Shown here piece after piece: positions 38,441 through 49,095 of a stretch of 64,000 nt of DNA. The number at the start of each line of letters is the position of its first letter. Positions within the stretch are counted from its first letter, which is position 1. Source of the stretch: Podospora anserina (taxonomy: Eukaryota); the NCBI GenBank assembly GCA_017654855.1, contig CM030337.1, positions 434,001 to 498,000 of the forward strand, written 5' to 3'. The notes beneath the pieces were generated by a model. The model searched no databases. It saw nothing but the letters and a program-made list of their open reading frames with translations, and was not told the DNA's origin. Both the position numbers and the translations under genes were made by a program.

Positions 38441-40375
38441 TCAACTCCTCCGTCTTCTTGGGTCCAACGCCTCATCCCTTCTCATGTCCCTCATCTCCTT
38501 CGTACCCAGGCTCCCCAGGCCGCCCTCGCTTCTCCTCTCCCAGCCTCCCAATCTGATAACTTGACAAGTCGCGTTGTCGCCGTCACTCGACACCTCCGTC
38601 GCATACTCAATCACATGCCTAGCACCATCTTCCGGAGTCTTGGCCTCTTTAATCACATCCACAATTTCCTGATCCGACAAGCTTCCGCTCACACCGTCAG
38701 ACATGAGCACCAAAAACGAGTACTCTGCCGGCCCAATCTCCACCCTGGTGATATCTGGCTCAGCAGAAACACCGATCCTTTTGCTCTGCATGTCCCCAAA
38801 TGATCTGCTATTGGCCAGCCCGCCGATTCTCTCCTCTCCAAAAGAATCGGTAATCATACTGCTGGCATATCGACTCATCCGTCTCGTCTCAACTGGCGAT
38901 GATGGCCGATGATCGGTGGTCAAAGCCAGAGGTTTGCCGGTCTTGGTCTCGCACAGCAAGACACGCGTGTCTCCCACATGGGCTACAACCAGCGTTGAGT
39001 GCGCATTGGGATGCCAGAAAGGAGCCGGAGTAGGAGTCGAGATGAGAGCTACCGAAGCGGTAGAGCCTCCCTTGAAGCGCTCCCGCCCGCCGATGCTATG
39101 GCCCGATGGGGGAAGGTGCGGGACGCCCAGGATCTCGTCCTTGTTAAGAGGCAGGTCTTCTACAATCACGTCTTCTGGATCTGGCTTGCGCGCTTGCGCC
39201 GTGACGAAATCGAGGTCAGCCCTGAGAAAGGCATAGGTCAGAACGGATTCGAGGGTTGCGGGCACATTGCTAGGAGTTGTTGATGACATAGGTTCTTCGG
39301 AAAAGGAGGAGGTGGACGAGACGGTGGAAGCCGTGAAGTAGCTCGGATGAAATCGGCGAAAGTAGCCTCCAATGGTGCGCCGGTACTCATTGAGAAGCTC
39401 TTGCTCCAACTTCACGGTCTTGCTGAGACCTGCTGGAAGCTCAGAACCGCCCCCAGCATTGTGTTCCCTCGGTTCTTCTTGGTTGCGCGAGACATCTGGT
39501 TCTGATAAGGAATACCCTGGGTCTGACAGGGAGTACCTGCGATCCTTATCACCCTTCAAGCTGCTTTCCAGCTCAAATTCCGCCGCCGCCTCCTCTATAT
39601 ACCCATGCAATTCGTCTCGCAGAAACTCGCTACACTCGGACCCTCCGTGCCCGTCAAATACGCCAAAGTAGAATATTTGAGGATCCCCCAGGGCGCTGTA
39701 AGCATTGATGCTTTCGCCTGTGGGTCTTGGCTGGCGCACCACACTGGTTGGTACACGCCTTGAGAAAGCTGGCAAAGTTATTGTCCCAGCTTGGTTGGTA
39801 TCCTCGTTGTATGGCCGCTGTCCGCGCGAGACAGATGTACCAAAGTGGTGCTTGGCGCTTCGGAGAGGGATACGGACTACCGTCAAGTCGCGACCGGGCA
39901 TATTTGGTGGGTTCAAGGCTGGTGATGACCCAGGTTCTGGCGTGTGTGGTGTTGAGGCAGATCGAGGAAGCTTGTGGCCGGGGCCGACAGAGGATCGCGA
40001 GTCTGGATGAAGCGAGGACGAGGGAAGGTGAGTTATGAAGTAGTTGTGAAAGCCCCGTCGTAGAACTGGGTTGGCGGCGACAGTGCTCTGGGTTCGCCAG
40101 CTGCCGCAAGGCTGTGTCGCATCGCGGTGTGCCAGGATGGTAGCTCGAGTTGGTGTTCGGAGGTGACGGTTGGCGCCTGCGAGTCGCAAGGCGCGAGTGT
40201 GCGAGACGGTAAGGTTCCGCATCTGAGCTCGTCCGTGGTGATGAAAAAAGGTTGCGATGTAGCTCATGAAGGCGTCGAGGAGGGTAGGAGTGGGTGGTGG
40301 GAGTCGGGACGAAGCTGTCCGGACACTCCTCACCGTAAGCTGTCCCAGAGCCCGACGACAAGGCAATGGGAGCAT
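38441..40375 (-). CDS. PTC6: PP2C-family protein phosphatase, Ptc6/Aup1-like, probably mitochondrial
   Basis: PP2C motifs RPYNED, YFGVFDGHGG, GGSTAS, VAHVGDTR, GLANSRSFGD, LMSDGV and DNAT; Arg-rich N-terminus. First ATG at 40375. The orthologue assignment is less certain than the family. Confidence 0.85.
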   Translation of the reverse strand: MLPLPCRRALGQLTVRSVRTASSRLPPPTPTLLDAFMSYIATFFHHHGRAQMRNLTVSHTRALRLAGANRHLRTPTRATILAHRDATQPCGSWRTQSTVAANPVLRRGFHNYFITHLPSSSLHPDSRSSVGPGHKLPRSASTPHTPEPGSSPALNPPNMPGRDLTVVRIPLRSAKHHFGTSVSRGQRPYNEDTNQAGTITLPAFSRRVPTSVVRQPRPTGESINAYSALGDPQIFYFGVFDGHGGSECSEFLRDELHGYIEEAAAEFELESSLKGDKDRRYSLSDPGYSLSEPDVSRNQEEPREHNAGGGSELPAGLSKTVKLEQELLNEYRRTIGGYFRRFHPSYFTASTVSSTSSFSEEPMSSTTPSNVPATLESVLTYAFLRADLDFVTAQARKPDPEDVIVEDLPLNKDEILGVPHLPPSGHSIGGRERFKGGSTASVALISTPTPAPFWHPNAHSTLVVAHVGDTRVLLCETKTGKPLALTTDHRPSSPVETRRMSRYASSMITDSFGEERIGGLANSRSFGDMQSKRIGVSAEPDITRVEIGPAEYSFLVLMSDGVSGSLSDQEIVDVIKEAKTPEDGARHVIEYATEVSSDGDNATCQVIRLGGWERRSEGGLGSLGTKEMRDMRRDEALDPRRRRS

Positions 40376-41647
40376 CGCCAAGCAGACAGAGCCAATTGCA
40401 GTCTTATAAAAGACCAGCTAATGCAAGTTCCCGGCCAGCAAATAGGTAGAGACTCGATATCGTGCAAAATGCGGCCATGGAACCGGAGAAGAGGTGGCTG
40501 ACGTAGTGCGAGGGCGAGGTGCAGGCCGAGCAGGCACTTGATGAGTTCGGGGAATATGTTGGGGCCAAGAGGCGTGCTCTTCGTGCGCTGCGGCAATTGG
40601 CTGTCTTTGGTTGACTTGTAGGGACTTGGCGTTCAGGGTTTGCTTTCCACAGTCTGGGGCTGGCTCGGCTGATGTTTTCCACCGGGAATCGAGATCGGAT
40701 AACGGAGAGTCTGTGATAGATGTCTGGTGATAGATAAAAAGGGACGGAAAGATGCTTGGATATTGCTGTTGCAGGGAATAAACATGCACTTTTGACAGAA
40801 ACGCAGGGGAGCGGCATGCTCTCTGGGGCCCCAGGGGTCCGCTGGTGGGGGCTTTGTCAACGTCATTTTAGCGGGTGCTCTTGGCACCTTTGATCTCACT
40901 CTCAACCCTCGCTCTCAATGACAGATGAACCGTGATGTTCTTTTTCTCGATATGGTAGTCTTACACTCGACCTAAAGCGATAGACACTGGCATTTGTTGG
41001 TCTCAACCAGCATTACTTTTATAGGTAATTCTCAAACAACCCGTATTCCATGACGGACCACTTCGGCCTAACCCTCATCTGGAGCCACTTGTCAGGCTGA
41101 AGATTTTCGAGCTACGGATATGGATCGCGATATTCGGCCCTTGTGGACTGCCGTTACAAATAGCGGATTCTGAAAACGCAACATCGTGGTTAGCAAGCAC
41201 ATCGTGGACAAAATAAGTGGTACTGCAAGTCGGTAAAACGTATAATCATCATCGAGCTTCGCCTTTTAAAAAGAAAAACAGGCGTCAAAAGATAATTGTC
41301 ACGCCTCAGAAGATAGCTAAAAGGCCTAAAAAATAACCAAGAGGCCTATTAACGATCTTCTAAGGCCTGTCAGTTATCTATTAAAGCCCCTTAAATATCT
41401 TTTAAAGCCCATTAAATATTTTTGAGGCCTGGTTCAGTGTTTTCCAGTGCCAGTTATTTGATCTACGACGTGGTTGGTTATCAGATCAGATCGCCCCTAA
41501 CGCCATCCACCGGCCAACCGCCCTATAAGAATTTTTTTTCGGAGCCGGCCAGGGGCAAACCCGGAAAAGCCTCCTCAAACATTCACCACGGGAGCCTAAT
41601 CCCGTCCCGGCCCTGAGTCTGATCTTTTCTCAGCCCCGGTCCCGGTC

Positions 41648-43135
41648 ATGGACGGCTCCGCTCCGGAACAAGTCAACCCGGCCGGCCCGCCTCCGGGAAA
41701 ATATCTTGGCGATCTGGCTGTGGTCGACATAGCTCCTGAGGGTGACCTTGTCCTTCGTGTAACCTTCAACACGTCGAAAGAAACACTCACGGCAGCCAAA
41801 AAGTCAAAGGAGCCACCAACGGCTCTCAAGCCCACAGTGAAGCAAGGCTACAGGGTGCAAACATCTGTTCTAAAAGCCAATTCAGGGTACTTCAACCGTT
41901 TGCTTGGGGACACACGGTTTGTGGAAGCCAAGGCAGTTGAAAATGCCCTCCAAAAGCTGTCCCTATCAAACGTAAAACCCTCCGAAGCAGACCTTTCCGA
42001 GCTGCCAATCGTCGAAATCAATGAAGATGACGAAGCCTCCCGTACCGCCAACCTCAGCTTGGCCTTCGGTGACCTGATGAGGATCCTTCATCGAGTCCCC
42101 ATCACCACCAAGCCCCTCGCCGTCCGCTACCTGGCCATCATTGCCGTCCTAGCAGATCGCTTCGACTGCACCCCCTTAGTATCCAAATGGCTAGCCGCAA
42201 TCAAGTTCAAATTCCCCCCCATCACCACCCAAAACCAAAACCGAACCGGCCCAGCCCTCTCCAAGTCCTTCGAAGAGCTCCTCCGCCAAAAGATCCTCGT
42301 CTCCTGGCTTCTCGACCGCCCATTAGTCTTCCAACCCTCCACCCGCGAGCTAGTCATGTACGGCTCAAGACGATGGTGCACCCTCTTCGACGAAGAAGAC
42401 GAAAAGTCCGAACACGTCTACACAGCAGCATGGTGGGATCTCCCCTCCGGTCTCGAACAAGAACTCCAGCTCCGCCGGGACTGCATCCTCAACACCGTCT
42501 CCTCCGTCCCATCACACTTCCTCTCCCTCTACATCTCCCCCTCCCAGTCTCGCCCCCAGTGCAAGCTAGGCTACACCTCCTCTCCCAGCTGCGACTCTTT
42601 CCAATTAGGGGTAGCTATCAAATTTCTCACCAACCGCAACCTCCTCTCCTTTGTCGATTTTGCCCCAAAGTCGTACGATAAATTCCATGCTTCTGGCCCG
42701 CCGAATGACTACATCATGTCTGACGTCTTGCACATAATCAAGACTCTTAAGCAATGCCCGGCGTATCAAATCGATAACAACCACAGGCATTGCGATCTGA
42801 GGGGTAGGATGGGCAGGATATTGGAGTTTGTCGAGGCCAGGCTGGGAGGTGGCGGGGTGGGTATCAATCGGGTAGAGTGGGCGAAGGATAGAGTGGAAGC
42901 TTCCTGGGAAAGGAGGCACGGGGCGGAAGATGGGGAGGAAAGGGTCTTGAAATATACCAGCTCGATGAGCTCTGATCAGAGGCTAAGATACGGGGGTGCA
43001 TTTGCGGCAGAGAAGTTAGCAAGAGAGGTATTCACAGCCGATGAGTGGGATTGGACAGCCGGAGAAAATGAAGGGGAGACAGAAGGAATCAGCTTCGGAA
43101 AATGGAAGCTTGGGGAGAAGTCTTTTCCCAAATGA
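41648..43135 (+). CDS. Fungal BTB/POZ-like domain protein of unknown function (495 aa)
   Basis: Intronless ORF with IAPEGDLVL...YRV...LKANSGYFNRLL, LAIIAVLADRFDC and C-terminal CDSFQLG, typical of fungal BTB-like proteins. Confidence 0.72.
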   Translation: MDGSAPEQVNPAGPPPGKYLGDLAVVDIAPEGDLVLRVTFNTSKETLTAAKKSKEPPTALKPTVKQGYRVQTSVLKANSGYFNRLLGDTRFVEAKAVENALQKLSLSNVKPSEADLSELPIVEINEDDEASRTANLSLAFGDLMRILHRVPITTKPLAVRYLAIIAVLADRFDCTPLVSKWLAAIKFKFPPITTQNQNRTGPALSKSFEELLRQKILVSWLLDRPLVFQPSTRELVMYGSRRWCTLFDEEDEKSEHVYTAAWWDLPSGLEQELQLRRDCILNTVSSVPSHFLSLYISPSQSRPQCKLGYTSSPSCDSFQLGVAIKFLTNRNLLSFVDFAPKSYDKFHASGPPNDYIMSDVLHIIKTLKQCPAYQIDNNHRHCDLRGRMGRILEFVEARLGGGGVGINRVEWAKDRVEASWERRHGAEDGEERVLKYTSSMSSDQRLRYGGAFAAEKLAREVFTADEWDWTAGENEGETEGISFGKWKLGEKSFPK

Positions 43136-43202
43136 TGTCTTGAGAGCTGCGGGCAAACTCCCTGGTTTACTCACGGTATTACTTTACACTTATTCGCGTT
43201 AT

Positions 43203-43347
43203 TTCTGGCTTGTGCACGATACCTCTGGCTTGCTTGTGATATACTTCTGGCTTGCCTGTGATATATTTCTGGCTTGCTTGTGGTATACTTTTGGCTTGCT
43301 TGTGATGGTTTTGGCTTGCTCACGATAAATTCCTGGCTTGCTCACGC
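43203..43347. repeat. Degenerate minisatellite, 20-22-bp unit (ctggcttgcttgtgatatactt-like), about 7 copies
   Basis: TGGCTT cores at 43206, 43226, 43248, 43270, 43292, 43312 and 43334. Confidence 0.8.
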
Positions 43348-43581
43348 CTTGTGGCTCGGTTCACACGCGCTGCTGTGGCTTATATGAGAGTCGAAAATGC
43401 CATTCATAAACAAAGAACACGCCTTATTGATATCATCCCTTTGAATGTGTTTCAAATTGAGTAAACTACCATACAGCGGCAGTACCTCTGATACAAATGT
43501 CGGCCATTACCCTAGCCTCCATCAACTCTCTCAGTGAGGCCCAGACAACCATCAAAGCCTTCAGAAATCTCCAGCGAAGCC

Positions 43582-44811
43582 TCAAACCATCCTTGAAATA
43601 TTGTCTTCAATCTTCACATACGGAGCCGCACTTCCCTCAACGCAGAGGATGTCACTGCCAGGCCCAATGGCTATCTTGATGCTCTCCTCCCTGCGTCCAA
43701 TGTGCTCCTCTGTCGGTGTTGGCTTCTTGGAGAAAGGCCAGTGTCCCTTTACCTCCTTGTACCTCAGGATCATGAAGATGGTAATGACTACAATCCAGTA
43801 GACATTGTATGATATGACCGAGCCGTACGTCGCCGAGTTATTCCAGCCTAGAACAGCGTTGAGGAATCCCCAACCTGATCCACCGTTCACAAAGGGGCTG
43901 CAACACTGCGATGATTATTAGCGCCTTTCACCTTGAGATCGGAGGAGAGAACCTACATCGACGTGCCAAACGGATTTGTCAATATCATAAGTTCCCGGAC
44001 CTGAGCCCAGCTCGGCAATATCACCACCGCCCACCATGTCTTGCCAAATTTCCTGTTCAAAGGCCCAGACAGCCCTTGAGAAGAGACCGGCTGCGACCAG
44101 GTAGAGAAAACAAGTCGAGATGACGAGGAACAGCTTCATTTTGGTATGTGAACCACCCCTATTGTTCGCCATGTGAGAAACCTGCGCCTTCTTTCATCCG
44201 ATCCTGTCAAAGACTTACTTGTACATGGCCAAGCCAACTCCTGTACCAACCATCAGTCCAACAATCACAGCAATCGGCACCGACGTAACAGGTGCAGAGA
44301 AGCTAACTCCCGCAATGAAAACCACCGCCTCAATCCCCTCCCTGAGCACGGTAACAAAGGGCAGCATGAACATGCTATACTTTTCCAACCACATCATGAC
44401 AGTGCCTCTCTTGGTTCGTCTTTGCCTTGCCTGCTCGCCTAGCGACTGCTCGATCTTGGCTTTCCACTTGTCTTGCATCTTGCCGATTCTCAATAAGGCG
44501 AAACCGACGGCAGTGATGATGAGAGAGGCGATGAGAGAGAAGGCGCCTTCATAAGTAAGCTCACGGGCACCCCATTGGTCGACACCGAGGGAGTAAAACA
44601 CTCCGATGAGGGCGCCAGAGATGATGAGAGTGATGACCAGGCCGGCCGAGGTGCCAAGCCAGACTTGACGGACGAGCTGCCTGTAGATTGCGCGATGGGA
44701 TCGGTAGAGGGTTTTCTTGATGAAGGCCAGGAGAATCGAGACGATGATGGCTGTCTCGAGGGCCTCCCGGAAAGTGACGAGGAAGATGGGTATCGAGAAG
44801 AGAGAGACCAT
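43582..44811 (-). CDS. FTR1: High-affinity iron permease, 3 exons (44811-44219, 44158-43957, 43905-43582)
   Basis: Two RExxE motifs (FREALE, LREGIE); [21 protein letters not shown] and [18 protein letters not shown]; introns keep the frame. Confidence 0.95.
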
Positions 44812-44908
44812 CTTTGCGACTCTTTGCTTCGAAGCCGAAGTGTCTGAGGTACACTGAGGGCCAACAAGTATGCCAAGATAGTTGGAGAGAAGGTCGGTCT
44901 CGGTGGGC

Positions 44909-44932
44909 TATCAGATCGAGATTGTCTGATAA
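44909..44932. promoter_or_regulatory. Inverted pair of GATA sites, putative SRE/SreA iron-repressor sites
   Basis: TATCAGA-N9-TCTGATAA about 100 bp upstream of the FTR1 ATG; resembles the ATCWGATAA consensus. Confidence 0.55.
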
Positions 44933-45823
44933 CACAATAATGGAAAGGAATGGGGGGAACAGACAAAGACGAGAAAGTGGGTGTGGTGAGTTGGGCCATA
45001 ATATCAGACCATCTGGACAACAAGGCAGTCACGCTATCGAAGGCGGTGGCACAAACGCGGGGTATGAAGACGCGTTGATAAGTCGTTCTTTCCTGTGTTT
45101 GATCTCAGGGGACTCGGTGTACTCGGGGAAAACTGCCACGTGAGACTCCTCCGAGGCCATCAAGGTTCTCAAGTCGACTTTTGAGCACATCAACACACGG
45201 CTGCCTGACCTGGGGTACTCGTGTGAAAAAGTACAGACATGATATATCATGAGCCAGTTGATCACGGTCCAACCACCGGTGTACATAGACACGAGACAAA
45301 AAGGGGGATTTTGCCAAGGGGCCAAGGAAGCCAAGCACAGTTAAGCTTTGTGGACTGTCGATCTCGAAGGGGTGATTGACAAGGGGCTACTTATGTAGCC
45401 TCATTCTGAAGGGTCAATATACAAAGACACTTATGCAGACAGCTAAAGCATTGGAAATCTTCCTGATGGTGATTTAAATCCCTCGCCTTCTGAGACACCG
45501 ATTATGATGCTTGTCCCACCCTACCCATGTGGTGACTTGGACAGCAGTCGCAGGTTGCGAACCGACCACTCGTTCCTGCCTCAACACCGTCATAAACATG
45601 GGTGCCCGACTCTCTGATGGCGGGGTCGGGTATCAAGTGCTTTACTCCGACCGTCCAGCTTCTATCGGATAGCTATCGGGTATCGGATACTGGGCTACGT
45701 CTTTTCTGATCCATCAACAACCTCCCGCGCGTTCCCGGCTTCCATGTGTGGCCTTCTTCGATATCTCCCTAATCCTTTCTCTGACCTCAAAGAACTCTCC
45801 ACTGTTGAAAACAAGAACCCAAT

Positions 45824-48187
45824 ATGAATCGCGGCATCTCTGGATCTCCAAACTCTTTGCTTTGGATATTCCTGCTTTTGTTTGGTTTTTGTCTTTCTGG
45901 CCATGCGCAGCAACCTGATGCCGCTCACGATATCGACAGCGGTGTCGACGACTCTGCTCTTTGGCACACGTACAGCGACAAGACCCACGTCTACAAGTTC
46001 AATGTCTCTTGGGTGGTGGCCAGCCCTGACGACCCTGATGCCGATGAGAATTCGACCAAGCCAGTCATTGGCATCAATGGTAAATGGCCTTTGCCTCTGA
46101 TGGAAGCCACAGTTGGGGACCGCGTCATTGTCCATCTTCTCAACCTGCTGGAGACTGAGCCTACGTCTCTTCACTTTCACGGTCTATATCTACGGAATGA
46201 GACACACATGGACGGTCCGGTTCATGTGTCTCAGTGCACGATCCCACCTGGCTCAAGCTTCACATACAACTTCACTGTTAACGAGCCCGGTATCTACTGG
46301 TATCACTCACATGTTCATGGGCAGTATCCAGATGGCTTGCGAGGGCCCCTTATCATTCACGACCCGGATGACCCTTTTGCGGACAAGTACAGCGAGACTC
46401 GGCTTCTTACCGTCTCAGACTGGTACCTAGACAAGATGCCAGACCTTATCGCCCGGTTCATGAGCAAGGCCAACCCAACAGGAGCAGAGCCCGTACCGGA
46501 TTTGGGTTTATTCAACGACGAGATCGATGCAAGCATCATGGTCAGTCCTAAGACGACATACCGTTTTGATGTGATCAACATGGGCGCTTTTGCCAGTGTC
46601 TACCTCTGGTTCGAGGGGCACAACATGACTATCATCATGATTGATGGTATTTATACCCACCCGGTGGAAGCAAACATGATATACGTAACTCCTGGTCAAC
46701 GTTGCAGCTTCCTCATCACCACCAAGGCAGACGGCTCGGCAAACTTTCCATTCGTTGGCAGCATGGATCTGGTAAGTTTCCCGTTTCTATTCATGTCCTT
46801 TCTTAGCTGACCAGTCAGAATCTATTTGACAGTCCACCAAAGTCTTTCAACCCCAATATAACCGGGTGGCTGATCTACGACGAAGACAGCAACTGGCCAG
46901 ATGCGGCCAAGCTGGACGGTTCTTTCAATCCTGTTGATGACTTTGATTTGACACCGTTAGATGATCAGCCTCTCTTTGGTGAACCAAATCAAGTTGTGCA
47001 GTTGGATGTGATGATGGACAATCTTGGTGACGGAGCCAACTAGTAGGTGCTATGCGTTTCTAACACTTCCAGTTTCATATTCTGACCATTGTCCAGTGCA
47101 TTCTTCAATAACATAACATATGTTCCTCCCAAGGTTCCCACCCTTTACACCGTCATGAGTTCTCAAGATCTAGCAACCAACCCGGTGGTTTACGGCACCT
47201 ACACTCATAGCACTGTTCTCCAAAAGGATGACATTGTGGAGATCGTGCTGAACAACCTCGATCCGGGAATCCACCCATTCCACCTCCACGGCCACGATTT
47301 TCAGGTCGTCTGGCGCTCTGAAGACGATGCAGGAACATTTCAAGATTCAGGCATCACATTATCGGACTTCGCGCGTGTGCCCATGAGAAGGGATACTGTT
47401 TTCGTACACCCTAATGGGAACTTGGTTCTACGCTTCAAAGCCGACAACCCAGGTTTTTTTTTCTCTCTTTGCCCTCGTTCATTGTATGGTTTCTAACAAT
47501 CGAGAATAGGTGTATGGCTTTTCCATTGCCACATAGAGTGGCATGTGCAATCTGGACTCATGGCAACCTTTGTTGAAGCGCCTCTCGAAATTCAACAGTC
47601 CCTCACCATTCCTCCCGATCATCTTGACGTCTGCAAGAAGATGGGAGTGCCCACAGGAGGAAATGCCGCCGGAAATTCTGAGGATTTTTTGAACCTAGAT
47701 GGGGAGAATGCACCGCCCAATCGGTTGCCTGACGGGTACGTTACTTCAGCAGAGTGGCCTTCATCTGATACAGAGTCTGAGGATGAGTCGAATGGCTATT
47801 TCATGTTGGAATAGTAAGAGACAGACACCGATGATGATGGTGATGATCTGATGTGGGAGGGAGGATAACTGCGCTTTCTGGGATGACCATGATGATAACA
47901 TTTCTTGGCTACAAAATAGGTTTACCGGTCCAGGCATCGCTGCCCTGGTCTTTAGCTGCCTGACAGGTATACTGGGCGTGATGACGATCGCGTGGTATGG
48001 CTTTGCCGAGGAGGTTAATGACGGAGAGGACAAGAAGGTCCGCATTGAGGGTCAACAAGACGGAGCTGGGGATGTCAAGCTGAGGGACATGCCGTCCGGT
48101 TCGACATTGGTGAATGATCGGCGTGTGCATAAGCTGCGTAGAAACGAGACTCGTGCCAAGCTCAGGGGAGACGGATTACGAGTTTGA
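45824..48187 (+). CDS. FET3: Multicopper ferroxidase, 5 exons (45824-46771, 46819-47042, 47097-47452, 47510-47735, 47920-48187)
   Basis: Signal peptide; [33 protein letters not shown] (Leu at the axial position), [10 protein letters not shown]-terminal [25 protein letters not shown]; divergent from FTR1. Confidence 0.95.
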
Positions 48188-49095
48188 TGGGGCCATCCAT
48201 ATGATATTTGATGGCACACGAGTGAATTCGGGACTTGAATTGTATCATAAGGGCTGTTTTTTATGCCATGTTGCCTCATAGTCCGATAGCTTGCTTCCAT
48301 TTGGTTTGGGGATGCCAGAAGATTGGACTTTTCCAGAGGTTATTCGGCAGTTCTGAGTAGCTATCAATCGGAGGGATTATACCAAGAAGGCATGTTCGCC
48401 GAATCTTTTTTGTGAAACTTTAGTGGTTCATGAATAGGCTGAGAGTTGACTATGATTGTACTTGCTTTCACAAGATACTCAATCACCCTCTTTTCTAGGC
48501 CAGCTATATTTTAACGAGACTCAGCTGCTTCCACTCCCACACCAGTACTGTTATTGCCCCTCATCAACCCACGTTTTACATCTTCACATGAACATAATAG
48601 TCAGTTTAGAAAGCCTCTGGTGGCAGGGCTTGTCACGATAAGCTTGAAGACAAGGGAGTCGTCGGTTGAAAGACGGCAGAAATGGCAACACTGGTGACAA
48701 CTCTGGACGCAGTACCAGTAGCTAATGATAACAGCAATAACTACATTGAAAATTACGTCTCGAATTTACTGAATATCCTGTTCAAACCCATCTTTACCTA
48801 TATCTACCGGACAAGAAGCTTTTGGTACAAATCTCGGCGCAAGAATCACACAGGCCTGTTTGTGGATATCTTGGAAGCTTGCCGATCACTATTGTCAAGG
48901 TTGATAGTATAAGCAAGCAGGAAGAAAACTTGATCATAAATCATCATCATCCCGTAAACAAGAGAGCCTTCGTGTATGCCGCCAATTCCATCCAACGGTC
49001 TGTTGCTTCAGGTAATTGCATATTTCTCCCGCCCAATCTCATGCCAACTTGAACAACCTACCGCACCAGGCAAGTCCCCGTCAACGTGAACACCA

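Noticed and set aside
48682-49090. Possible + strand gene fragment (MATLVTTLDAVPV...)
   Set aside because: Frames are short and could not be joined into a consistent model.
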